A DNA stretch of 61,989 nt, the filler included, from Chiloscyllium plagiosum (taxonomy: Eukaryota), in assembly GCF_004010195.1 (NCBI RefSeq). It is 4 parts of one record of this genome, joined end to end, with 100 filler letters (N's around TTAATTAATTAA, not from the genome) between each part and the next. Parts side by side here need not be neighbours in the genome. Positions count along the whole stretch, not along the records: positions 28,773 to 39,418 come from NC_057712.1; positions 39,519 to 55,497 come from NC_057712.1; 2 more parts are not named here. The stretch is one strand, 5' to 3'. The translations under genes and the position numbers were made by a program. Below the pieces are notes generated by a model. It did no database searches, was not told where the DNA came from, and worked only from the letters and a program-made list of their open reading frames with translations. Shown one piece after another: positions 36,861-47,868 of the stretch. Position 1 is the stretch's first letter, and every line of letters begins with the position of its first letter.

Positions 36861-37332
36861 CTAGGTAGCATGTACCCAACTGATTGACTTGGCAGGAAGT
36901 TTTCAAGCAAATACTTCCAAATACATGTAATCACCTGATGAGACAGACTGAGCCTACTGTTGCACTGGTGTTCAGTTCTGTCCAGAAAGCTAACTGTTTG
37001 CGTATATCACTGTCGTTGTGAGCATTGCATCCTGCAAACTGGCACCTTGTGTTCCTCCTCTCAGTTCAGTGAAGCAGCAGATGGCTGAAGTGAAGAATAT
37101 TGCTGTTAATATTGGTGCTGCTCATCTTGCCCCTTGTTAACGTTCTAAGCTGGAGCTGCATAAGTAACTCCCATTGTTGCTTTGAGAGTTAGCAGCTGGT
37201 CAAATGCAGTAGAAGGTGATAAAATTCCAAGGTTGCAAAAAATAATTTTCAAGTTAGCCGAAATCACCTCCATGTGATGTAAAGACATTGCACTCTTTGA
37301 ACAAAAGACTTTCAATTAGCAAAGGAAATCCG

Positions 37333-37636
37333 AGAGTCCCTACAATGTGGAAACAGGCCCTTTGATCCAACAAGACTACACCAACCCTTCAAAAGGTATC
37401 TCACCTAAACCCCTACCTAACATATCCCGAAACACTATGGACAATTTAGCACGGCCAATTTACCTAACCTACACAACTTTGGACTGTGGGAAGAAACCAG
37501 AGCACCCAGAGGAAACCCACACAGACAAGGGGAGAACGTGCAAACTCCACACAGACAGTCGCCCGAAGCTGGAATCGAACAAGAATCCCTGGTGCTATGA
37601 GGCAGCAGTGCTAATCACTGAACCACTGTGCCACCC
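37333..37636 (-). mobile_element. HE1-like SINE
   Basis: Reverse complement of the full SINE, ending GAACCACTGTGCCACCC. Confidence 0.85.
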
Positions 37637-38317
37637 AAGGATGGTCATATCTGAGTACTTAAAGGCTGTCTGGCCTGTTTTCCTGGTGTATCGTTCCATC
37701 AACCCTCTCCCAAACCCCAAACTCACAATCTTCCGGCTTGAGTGAGTTCCAGGATGCTCAGGGAACATGTATTTTCAGAGCTAAAGGCAGAATTCAGGGG
37801 TAGAACAGCTACATGTCAGATCCGCACACCCACAGGGCCTTCCTCTGAATGTTAACGAACATTCTCAAGTTAGGTGCCAAAATTTCTGGATCCAGTTTTT
37901 GATCTGTCAACCGAAGACCCGAACAGAAATTTACCCAGCCTGGGGTGATAAAATTCAGCTCCAAATGTTGAATTTTTCTGTTCAAAAGAGGCCAGCCATG
38001 AACTTGATAACCATGTTTTATCATGCGCTGAACGTGGCTGCAATAATTTTAACAGTCTACACACATTTCTCAGTTGTGATTGATGTCACTGCTTTTTAAT
38101 AAGTTTTTCCTGACCCTAAGGAGCCCTCTTGCAGCCTCTGACACCATTATAAAATTAATTCTGTCAAAGACGATGACCCAAGCCATTCAAAATCATTGCA
38201 ATAAAAGCTTTCGAACAAGCTATGGTATCCAGTTTATGATTTAAAAATTGGGTCGTATTTAAAGCAATGATTGTTGCTCGACCCTCCCCTTCCCTGTTCC
38301 ACTTTGTGGTCTAGCAG

Positions 38318-38443
38318 GGAATTGCACTGTTGGGAGAAGTTGATGCAACCTATTATCCTAGGACTGAATATAAGGAGAACAACAAGGGGCTAGTAAAAAA
38401 TGTTGCAGTTGACTTGAAAGACATACAGTCACCCCAAGAATGA
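38318..38443 (+). CDS. Weak candidate terminal coding exon (unidentified)
   Basis: Pyrimidine tract + TAGCAG acceptor, 41 open codons GIALLGEVDATYYPRTEYKENNKGLVKNVAVDLKDIQSPQE*, AATAAA at 38494-38499. No homology recognised. Confidence 0.2.
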   Translation, partial: GIALLGEVDATYYPRTEYKENNKGLVKNVAVDLKDIQSPQE

Positions 38444-38789
38444 TTGCACTTGAAATGTTTTAAATAGAATGCCTTTTTATCCAGAAATGTAGTAATAAAA
38501 CCACATTTCAATGTATAAATTGAATGTCTTTCAATTGTAGAATGTTTACTATCTCATTTGAGAAGAAACCATCCTTTGCTGCATTGGATTTTCTTGCTTT
38601 TTCCCAGGAATATTTATGTATTGTACTAGCAAAATGTCACCCATGCCTTGTGTGCATTGAGCAACCTTTATTTGTCCAGCCTATCTAATCATTTTGCATT
38701 TATACCAGCAGAAATATTGGGTAATATAATTAAAGCAAAATTTTGCTGAAGTTCTGCAGTAAAAATTGAAAGTTTAAAACGATCTGCAG

Positions 38790-39418
38790 AAACTCACAAA
38801 CTTGATTGAGTTTTTTGAAGGGGGAGCAAAGAAGATTGATGAGGGCATAGCAGTAGATGTGATCTATATGGACTTCAGTAAGACGTTCAACAAGTTTCCC
38901 CATGGGAGACTGATTAGTAAGGTTAGATCTCATGGAGAACTAGCCATTTGGATACAGAACTGGCTCAAAGATAGGAGACAGAGGGTGGTGGTGGAGGGTT
39001 GTTTTTCAGACTAGAGGCCTGTGACCAGTGGAGAGCCACAAGGATCGGTGCTGGGCCCTCTACTTTTTGTTATTTACATAAATGATTTGGATGCGAGCAT
39101 AAGAGGTATAGTTAGCAAGTTTACAGATGACACCAAAATTGGAGGTGTAGTGGACAGCAAAGAGGGTTACCTCAGATTACAACAGGATCTGGACCAGATG
39201 GGCCAATGGGCTGAGAAGTGACAGATGGAGTTTAATTCAGATAATTAAGAGGTACTGCATTTTGCGAAAGCAAATCTTATAGGACTTACACACTTAATGG
39301 TAAGGTCCTAGGGAGTGTTGTTGAACAAAGAGACCTTGGAGTGCAGGTTCATAACTCCTTGAAAGTGGAGTCACAGATAGATAGGATAGTGAAGAAGGCG
39401 TTTGGTATGCTTTCTTTA
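38790..39418 (+). mobile_element. CR1/HER1-like RT fragment running into a gap
   Basis: IEFFE..VDVIYMDFSKTFNKFPHGRL; PQGSVLGPLLFVIYINDLD..KFTDDTKIGG. Confidence 0.92.
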
Positions 39419-39518
39419 NNNNNNNNNNNNNNNNNNNNNNNNNNNNNNNNNNNNNNNNNNNNTTAATTAATTAANNNNNNNNNNNNNNNNNNNNNNNNNN
39501 NNNNNNNNNNNNNNNNNN
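39419..39518. other. Scaffold gap with artificial linker
   Basis: 44 N + TTAATTAATTAA + 44 N. Confidence 0.97.
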
Positions 39519-39586
39519 GTGTGTGTGTGTGTATACGTGTGTGTGTGAAACAGAAAGAGAGTGGGTGTGTGTGTATGTGTTGTGTG
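39519..39586. repeat. Imperfect (GT)n microsatellite
   Basis: Direct inspection. Confidence 0.85.
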
Positions 39587-39749
39587 GGGAGGGGATAATT
39601 TATTCAACACTCAGAGACCTTTATCTGATCATTGACGCACATGGAAGACAGTACCGTTCAGCACTGATGCACTCTGAATTAGCGTGACTCACTACTTGAA
39701 CCCTGAACGCTGATTTACAATATTGTGGGCAAAATGCCTCTTTAGAAAG

Positions 39750-40372
39750 TTCTAATCTGGGTTGATACCCCAGTGTAGTCCTGAGCAGGGGTGTGCAGTC
39801 AGAGGCGAATTGTTAAGAAAAAAGGTCGCATCTATCTGGCATGGTAGCTCAGTGGTTAGCACTGCTGTCTCACAGCACCAGGGTATTGCATTTGATTCTA
39901 CCGTTGGGCGACAGTACATTCTCCCCATGTCTGTGTGGGTTTCCTCTGGGTGCTCAGGTTTCCTCCCACAATCCAAAGACATGCAGGGTACGTGAACTGG
40001 TCATGCTAAATTGTCATAATGTTCAGGTTAGGTGCATTAGTCACGGGTAAGTATAGGATAATAGGATAGGGGAATGGATCTTCAGAAGATTGGTGTGGAT
40101 TTGTTGAGCTGAAGGGCCTGTTTCCACACTGTAGGGATTCTATGATTCTATCCTCTCAAGTGGAGGGAGAAGATACCATAGCACAATTTTAAAGAATAGT
40201 AAGGGAGTTAACCCTGGAGTCCTGACCAATCAACATTGCAAAAGCAGGTCACTTGGCAACTATCATATTGCTGTTTGTGGGAGCTTATTGTGCCCTGTTT
40301 CATTGGCTGAGTAAAAAAAATTTCATTGACCGTAATGAGCCTTGCTGAGGTTCATACAAATGTGACTTTCTT
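39750..40372 (+). mobile_element. Probable Deu-domain SINE interrupted by an HE1-like SINE
   Basis: CCAGTGTAGTCCTGAG..; CTCTCAAGTGGA..AAGATACCATAGCAC..GGGAGTT..CCTGGAGTCCTGACCAAT..TTGCTGTTTGTGGGAGCTT resembles the Deu core as recalled from memory. Confidence 0.55.
39837..40150 (+). mobile_element. HE1-like SINE
   Basis: Head, core and tail present; flanked by a TCTATC duplication. Confidence 0.85.
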
Positions 40373-40684
40373 TCTTTATGTATTCTATTTATTCATTAAC
40401 AACTTCACTGAGGGGTGGCACTACAAACAATCCATCTCTACCTTAATGATATTGTTGCATTACCTTGTAAGATTGACACCCAAATCTTCCCATCGCAGAT
40501 ATAAAGGTCTTTCTTGAAAACATCAAACCAGAGACGGCTGGCTTCAGTCTCAGTGCAGGGTGGGTGGCTTCCAATTGTCACCTTCATGTCTGTTTCTGAT
40601 TTCAACACAAGAGGAGATCAACAACGTTCGTATTTACCAGAGACGAGTCATTGAGTTAGACACTGTGTGGCTTCACTATGGCTA

Positions 40685-41071
40685 GGAGAAAGTGAGGTCT
40701 GCAGATGCTGGAGATCAGAGCTGAAAATTTCATTTCCCCTCCTCCCACCTTGTCTCAGTCAAATCCATCGAACTCAGCACCGCCTTCCTAACCTGCAATC
40801 TTCTTCCCCACCTCTCCCCCCGCACCCCAGTCTCGCCTATCACCCTCACCTTGACCTCTTTCCACCTATCACATTTCCGACGCCCCTCCCCCAAGTCCCT
40901 CCTCCCTACCTTTTATCTTAGCCTGCTGGACAAACTTTCCTCATTCCTGAAGAACGGCTTATGCCCGAAACGTCGATTCTCCTGTTCCCTGGATGCTGCC
41001 TGACCTGCTGCGCTTTTCCAGCAACACATCTCCAGCTCTGATCTCCAGCATCTGCAGACCTCACTTTCTCC
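40685..41071 (+). mobile_element. PLE 3' terminus with 39-bp inverted end and HHR (40947-40974)
   Basis: 40685-40723 is the reverse complement of 41033-41071. CTGAAGA-A-CGGC-TTAT-GCCC-GAAA-CG-TC has one stem II mismatch. Confidence 0.85.
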
Positions 41072-41089
41072 TGTATAACCTAAATGTAG

Positions 41090-41650
41090 AAGTATAGAAA
41101 ATAGGAACAGGATAAGGCCAGTTGGTCCTTCAAGCTTGCTCCACCATTCAATATGATCATAGATGATCATCCAACTCATTAACAAAAGCAGAAACTGCTA
41201 GAAAAGCTCAACAGATCTTACAGCATCAGTGAAGAGAAATCAGGGTTAATGTTTTGGGTTCGTTGACCCTTCCTCTGCCGAACCCAAAACATTAACTCTG
41301 ATTTCTCTTCATAGATGCTGCCAGTGCTGAACTTCTCCAGCAATTTGTGTTGTTGTTTTGATTTACAGCGTACATTTGGTTTTTATTTAGCATCCAACTC
41401 AATACCCTGTTCCTGCTTTCTCCCTGTACACTTTGATCCCTCAGCGTTAGACTCTCTTTAACTCCATTTTGAAAACATTCTTATTTTTTGGCCTCAACCA
41501 CTTTCTTTGGCGAAAAATTTCACATCGTCACTGTTGTCTCACCATTTCTCTGAAACACAGTTCTGAAATGGTCTCCAACGCCCTACTCTGTATCCTTAAA
41601 CTGTGACCCCCTGGTTCTGGACTCCTGGGTTATTGGGAAAATCCTTCCTG
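41090..41650 (-). mobile_element. Old CR1 3' tail interrupted by a fold-back insert
   Basis: CCACCATTCAATATGATCAT..; CTGTGACCCCCTGGTTCTGGACTC. Confidence 0.65.
41182..41390. mobile_element. Fold-back PLE-terminus insertion
   Basis: Arms GAAGAGAAATCAGGGTTAATGTTTTGGGTTCG and CGAACCCAAAACATTAACTCTGATTTCTCTTC. TSD CATCCAACTCA(T/A)TA at 41168-41181 and 41391-41404. Confidence 0.8.
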
Positions 41651-42947
41651 TGTTTACAGACTTGGTTCTCTTTCCCCACACTCTCCTTTTATCCGCCTAC
41701 CTTTTTTCTCAGCTCTTGATGAAATGTTATCAATGTGAAGCACGAAAGCTGTTTCTCTTGCCGCAGTGTTGCTAAACCTGCTGAATGTTTCCAACATTGT
41801 TTTTATTTCAGACATCCAGCTTGTGCATGGCAGCTAAGACAACATCTTTAAGTGCTATTTCTATGAACTTCCAGAAGACATTTGATAAGGTTTCACATAA
41901 CGGACTACTTAAAATGAGAGGACACTAATTCAGAGGCAAGCCATTGACATAATTGTGGAATTGTTTAGGAGACAGGAGATGCCAAGATGGAAGAAGACTA
42001 GATAAACACTGGTTGGAAGGATATGACTTGTGGTGCCACAATTCAATTCTTGGCATTGCTTGCATTATAGTTACTTAAGTGACGTCTGACTCACTGGCAT
42101 ATCCTCAGATCATGTACAAATACACCACTGTGCATTGTCGCTGTTCATAATGTGTTTATTTAGAAGACACTTCCAGGTGAGCAGTATCACTTTCTGTATT
42201 ACAAAACAATAATCAAACATTGGAAACAGAATGTAAATTATTATTGTCTTTTGCTTAGATTGAACAGCACAAAGTTCAACACCATGTGCTCAAAGTGAGT
42301 CATTGTTATATCCTATACACTGTAATCAGCATTTGACTTATCAACTTTTTATTCAGTGCTGCTGTATGCCATTTGTTGAATGGAAAGGTTATCCAAGTCA
42401 GCAGTTGTTATCCAAAAATAATATCACATTACCAAAATCTTATTTACTTCACTGTGCCCAGGCATTGTTTTGCAAAACAATATATGCAGCCACAAAACAA
42501 TATTCAATACAAAAAAATCCTTTCACACTATTTCTTAAATGAATGCATGCACTTATCTCTGTAAATATATAGGATAAATTTATTCAACCATTTTTAGTTC
42601 AAATTTTATCCACTACTTGCGGCTCACATATTGGTTTATCTTTCAGCTGAGGTTTCTAAGACCAAATTCCATACTAGTTGGAATTGTGATGCTATGAAAT
42701 GATTCATGGTGCTAGCTGGCTTACCAACCCTTCCAGCAAGCTAGGCAAGACGTACACATGCTCCAGCTGGTAGTTCACTGCTCACCATGTTTGTGAAAAT
42801 ATAATTGCTGTACAGCTCAATCATGAAAGTAATGATCCTGTTAAATGTTTGAAAGCTTCATTGAATAGGCTTTGGGAGTAGGGAAATTCCACTCGTCAAT
42901 AGAAATAAAGTTCAAAAGAGATGTAAGCCTTTCAATGCAATAGTGAG

Positions 42948-43112
42948 TCAGGCAGCATCCCAGGTGCAGGAAAATTGACGTTTCGGGCAAAGGTCCTTCA
43001 TCCGAATTCCTGATTTTCCTGCTCCTTGGATGCTGCGTGACCTGCTGTGCTTTTCCAGCACCACTCTAATCTAGACTCTGATTTCTAGCATCTGCAGTCT
43101 TCACTTCTGCCT
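42948..43112. mobile_element. Fold-back PLE-terminus insertion
   Basis: Minus arm with mutated HHR (42977-43004), plus arm from 43011. 14-bp TSD AATGCAATAGTGAG at 42934-42947 and 43113-43126. Confidence 0.85.
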
Positions 43113-43129
43113 AATGCAATAGTGAGGAA

Positions 43130-44985
43130 GGATATTGACTTGAAAGATCACAATCTGCATGGGTGAGATTAAAAACACTCAATGGAAAGAAGACATTATT
43201 GGGGGTTACCTATAAGTCAGACATTAATGAAGGTGTAAGGAAAGGCATTAAACAAGAAATCAGAGATGCATGCAACTGTAATCATGGATTACACTAACTT
43301 ACATATAAGTTGGACAAACCAAGCAAGCAATGTTATTATTTTAGACCAATATGTTGAAGAACAAAGAAAAGAACAGGCCATTCTAAACTCAGCAATGTGC
43401 AATGAGAAAGGAATAATTAACATTCTTATTATAGAGGGCCCCTTAGAGAAGAGTGAACATGATATGGTAGAATGTTACTTTAAAATTGTAAGCAGAGTGT
43501 CAAAAGTGAAACAAGGTCAAGAATCTAAATAAAGGGACCCATGACAGTATAAGATGTAAATTGACATGAATTTGGAGGAGGAATCACGTACCATCACTAT
43601 CAGTAGGGAAGTGGTAATAGACAGACTACTGAAGCTGATAAGTCCCTTGGTCCTGATGGCTTGCATTCTGGGAACTTAACAGAGGTAGCTATTGAGATAG
43701 TGGATACATTGGTTATATTTTTCCAAAAAAACTTTGGATTCTGGAAAAATTGCAAAAGGATTGGAAAACTGCCAATGTGACACCATTATTCAAAAGGAAG
43801 GAATGGACAAAGTGGATAACTGTAGTCCAATAAGCCGAGCATCTACCATTGAAAAGCTAATGGAATTAATCATTAAGGAAGTAATACCAGAGCATTTGGA
43901 AAATTATAACCTAATCAAGTAGAGTCACCATGACTTCAGGGAAATATGTCTGACTAATTTATTAGAGTTTTCAAGAATGTCTCAACCGGAGTGGACAGAG
44001 GCGCATCAATAGATGTGTTGTATGTGGACTTCTAGAAGACATTCAACAAGGTACCATACAGACCAGGTAAGGATGGCAGTTTCCTTCCTGAAAGAATATT
44101 GTTAAAAATGACACAACACCAGTTTATAGTCCAACAGGTTTATTGAAAGTACAAGCTTTCAGAGCACTGCTCCTTCATCAGGACTGGGTGACTTTGTGCA
44201 CCCCAGTCCAACACCTGCGGCACCTCCACATCATGAAAGAACACTCGTGAACCAGACAGGATTTTCCAACAACACTGGGCGATCACTTCCCCAAACTTGG
44301 GGTACTTGTGAACAAGCACAGAAAGCTGTCATATCGGAGCAGCAGGTAATCATGAATGTTAATGGAATCTTGCATCCTATTTCACAAGTGTTGGAGCATA
44401 CAAATAGGGAGGTCTTTGTGCAACTGTACAAGGCTCTGGTGAGATCATATCTGGAGTACTGTGAGCAATTTTGATCCCCTTATTGAAGAAAATATATCAT
44501 ACCATTGAAAGCAGTTCAAAGAACATTCACCAGGATGATCCCTGCTATGGAGGAATTGTCTTATGAGAAAAGTTAAAACAGGGACACTACTCACTGGAAT
44601 CTAGAAGACTGAGAGGTGATCTAATTGAAATATATAGGATTCTTAAGGAGGCTTGACATGGTAATTGCTGAGAGAGTCTAGGAACAGAGATCTTAGTCTC
44701 AGGATAAAAGGGTGCCTGTTTAAAACTCAAATGGGAAGGAATTTCTTCTCTCAGAGGGTTGTGGGTCTGTGGAATTCCTTGCCACAGAGAGGTGTGGGAC
44801 AGAGTCCTTGTGTACATTTAAGGCTGAGATAGATAGATTTGTGATCAATTGGTGAATTTAGGATTAAAGGGAAAATGCAGGACAATGGACATGAGGGATA
44901 TTGGATCAACCATGATTCTATAGATTGGCCGAGCAAGTTGGAGGGATTGAATGGCCGACTCCTGTTCCAATTTCTTATGGTCTTA
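43130..44985 (+). mobile_element. Old CR1 LINE ORF2 with deletions and nested inserts
   Basis: LDQYVEEQRKEQAIL..CNE..PLEKSEHDMVE; LEHTNREVFVQLYKALVRSYLEYCEQF; 3' tail. Confidence 0.8.
44101..44233. mobile_element. Two-orientation PLE-terminus insert with HHR (44153-44181, minus)
   Basis: Minus CTGATGA-A-GGAGC-AGT-GCTCT-GAAA-GC-TT, then a + strand terminus. Imperfect TSD TGAAAGAA(T/C)A(T/C)T at 44089-44100 and 44234-44245. Confidence 0.75.
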
Positions 44986-44989
44986 TGGA

Positions 44990-45343
44990 AAAGAGAGCCT
45001 TATGCAATTCATACTTATTCCTCAAACAACACCTTCCAAACCCACCTTCCATCTAGAAGGACAAAGGCAGCAGATACATGGGAACGTCATGAGCTTCAAG
45101 TTCCTTGCCAAGTCACTCACCATCCTGACTTGGAACATATCACCCTTTCTTCACTGTCTCTGGGTCAAACTCCTGGAATTCCCTCCCTAATGGTATTGTA
45201 GGTCAACCGACAGCACATGGACTGCAGCAGTTCAAGAAGGCAGCTCACCTCCACCTTTGCAAGGGCAACTAGGGACGGGCAATAAATATTGGCCAGCCAA
45301 TGATGCCCACATCCCACAAATGAATAGCATTTAAAAAAAAAAA
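44990..45343 (+). mobile_element. LINE/SINE 3' end with poly(A)
   Basis: TTCAAGAAGGCAGCTCACC..GGGCAATAAAT..CCCACATCCC..A-tract; tail shared with 18835 and 23655. Confidence 0.7.
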
Positions 45344-45559
45344 TGTTCATAGTGGATAGGCATTGACACATGTTTTTTAAAAAATGTATGATTTACAACT
45401 ATTATTCATTCCTGTCTGGCAAAAAGAATAATGGTGGCACAACCATGGCTTAGGGATTAAGGATTCTCCAAAGTGGAGAAATGTTAAATTGTTCAGAAAA
45501 GCAACAATCCTGATGATTGGGAGTATTTCACAATTCAGCAAAAGAGGGCAAACCATTTG

Positions 45560-46326
45560 CTCGAGAGACTGTAAGTAAAGTATGAGAGTATTACAGAAAT
45601 TGACCATGTAGGAGTGCCTGTGTGTGTGTGTAGGAGTGTGTGTGTGTGTGTATGTGTGTAGGAGTGTGTGTGTAAGAGTGTGTGTGTGTGTGTATAGTGC
45701 AATGGTGCTCACCTGTAGTGTGACATGAACCCAAGGTCCTGGTTAAGGCCCTCCCTATGGATACCAAACTTAGCTATCAGCCTCTGCTCGGCAACATAGT
45801 GCATGTTCCTCCTCATTTGAACAGATCTGTTGTACACGTAGAGCTTGTCCATAGGGGACATTTTAATATGCTTTGGATGGAAGCTGGAGAAGTGTAGCAT
45901 TGTGAAGTTATCTGTAGGTTTGCGGTAGAGTGTGGTGCTGAGGTGCCCATCCTTGATGGAGATGCATGTGTCCAAGAATGAGACAGATAGTTGAGAGTAG
46001 TCCATGGTGAATTTAATGGTGGGACGAAACTTGTTGATATCTCTGTGTAGTTTTATCAGTGACTCCACGCCATGGGTTGCCATGGGATGAATGGGCACCA
46101 CACAACAATCAACAGACAGGAGTGTTCTCTCGCAGTTGGAGAACATTTCAGTGGTCCAGGACATTCAACTTCCGAATTTCGAGTGACCATTCTCCAAGGC
46201 AGACTTCGGGACAGGCAGCAGCAAAAAATGGCCGAGCATAGGTTGATAGCTAAGTTTGGTACCCATAGGGAGGGCCTCAACTGGGACCTTGGGTTCATGT
46301 TACACGACAGGTGACCATGATTGCAC

Positions 46327-46365
<39 letters not shown>

Positions 46366-46998
46366 GCACTCTTATATGCACACACACATACACACACAGA
46401 CACTCCTATACACAGACAGACACACTCCCACACTTACACATGCACCCTCTCACAGACGTAGACCCCTTTACACTCATGCACACACATATACGCTCTCTCT
46501 CACCGACACCTCCCAAACCCCCACTCCACACACACACACACGCACATACACACTCACGCGCATATACACATATATGTTAGTGGGGTGAATTTGTACTTGC
46601 AGAGTTACATTACACTTTGCTCAAAAACTGCATGAATCTATGAAAGATTCTGTTAATTCATTTTTTAGGTTAGAATTAGTCTAAACATTATGGCAGAGAC
46701 AACAGCAGGGGGCCAACACCTTCAACACATTATCTGGGCTGACACCAATTGTTAAAGTTAACCTCAGAAAGTAACTTTTAGGAAAAGTTTTGTGATTTTC
46801 ATATGAAAGAAATGAAACTAACATGTCATTCTAACAGATGAGAGACTTAACGAACAATGAAGGTATGTTTCAATGCATAATTTCAGTTACATCGCAATGT
46901 AAACTTTTGCTGTAAATTCTGTGTCTTACAATTGATGTAGGAGCAGTGCTCCGAAAGCTAGTGCTTCCAGTTAAACCTGTTGGTCTGATTTTTAACTT
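45560..46998. mobile_element. PLE with inverted 3' ends and (TG)n/(CA)n tracts
   Basis: Minus: TIKFTMDYS..SFLDT..TTLYRKPTD..HPKHIK fused to EQRLIAKFG..GLNQDLGF. Plus: VGEHFSGPGH..EHRLIAKFGTHREGLNWDLGF. HHR remnant GGAGCAGTGCTCCGAAAGCTA near 46940-46960. Confidence 0.85.
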
Positions 46999-47059
46999 TA
47001 TAGAGCCTGAAGCCATTCCTATAATTTTGAAATGGAGCAAATGCATACTGCCATTTGAG

Positions 47060-47520
47060 GAGTGTAGTGGAGGTTCACTAGTCTGGTGCCAGGAATGGCA
47101 GGAAAGCTGCATGAGGAGGGATAGGTTCACCTGGGCCAGTATTTACTTGAACTTAGAAGAATGAGAGGGAATCTGACTGAAACATGTAAAATTCTAGCAG
47201 AGTTGGGCAGACTACGTTCAGACAGGATATTTTCTCAGTATGGGATATCTAGAACCGAGAGGAAACTGTCTCAGTTTGTGCAGCGTAAAGTATTTAGGAC
47301 TGCTATGTGGAAAATATTTTCATTTGAAGGGTAGTGAACTTGTGAAATTATCTACAATAGAAAGCTGTGGAGGTCAAGTCATTCGATATATTCAAGAAAG
47401 AGGTAGGGTTTCTCTTAGATTTTAAAGAGAACAGGATATAGAGAGAAAGAGGGAGTTTGCATTGTGATAGAGGATATTGAATGGCTGAGCAGCCCAGCCC
47501 ACTGCTGGTTTCTATGTTCC
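47060..47520 (+). mobile_element. Old CR1 3' fragment
   Basis: TAGAAGAATGAGAGGGAATCTGACTGAAACATGTAAAATTCT (RRMRGNLTETCKIL) and tail. Confidence 0.7.
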
Positions 47521-47574
47521 ACTGAATTGCAAACATGTGTTTTATACCAACCAAAAATGGGTTGATTGAAAGGC

Positions 47575-47868
47575 CAGTTGACCTGCCAGCACTGTCCCCA
47601 TGACTTGTCCTACCTGCCTATCTTCTTTTCCACCTATCCACTCCACCCTCCCCCCGCCCTCGACCTATCACCTTAATCCCCTCCCCCACTCACCTATTGT
47701 ACTCTACGCTACTTTCTCCCCACCCCCACCCTCCTCTCACTTATCTCTCCACACTTCAGGCTCTCTGCCTGTATTCCTGATGAAGGGCTTTTGCCTGAAA
47801 CATCGATTTTACTGCTCCTCGGATGCTGCCTGAACTGCTGTGCTCTTCCAGCACCACTAATCCAGAAT
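47575..47868 (+). mobile_element. PLE 3' terminus with HHR (47777-47804)
   Basis: Pyrimidine-rich 3' region then CTGATGA-A-GGGC-TTTT-GCCT-GAAA-CA-TC; nearly identical to 28773-28902. Confidence 0.8.

Noticed and set aside
34900..37965. Possible decayed Harbinger-type DNA transposon (TIR-like ATAAAATTCAGCTCC near 37950)
   Set aside because: No matching second TIR or convincing transposase motif was found.
1272..43112. Fold-back inserts as DNA-transposon MITEs or miRNA precursors
   Set aside because: The arms are asymmetric, TSD lengths vary (13-16 bp), and the sequence matches PLE termini with HHR motifs.
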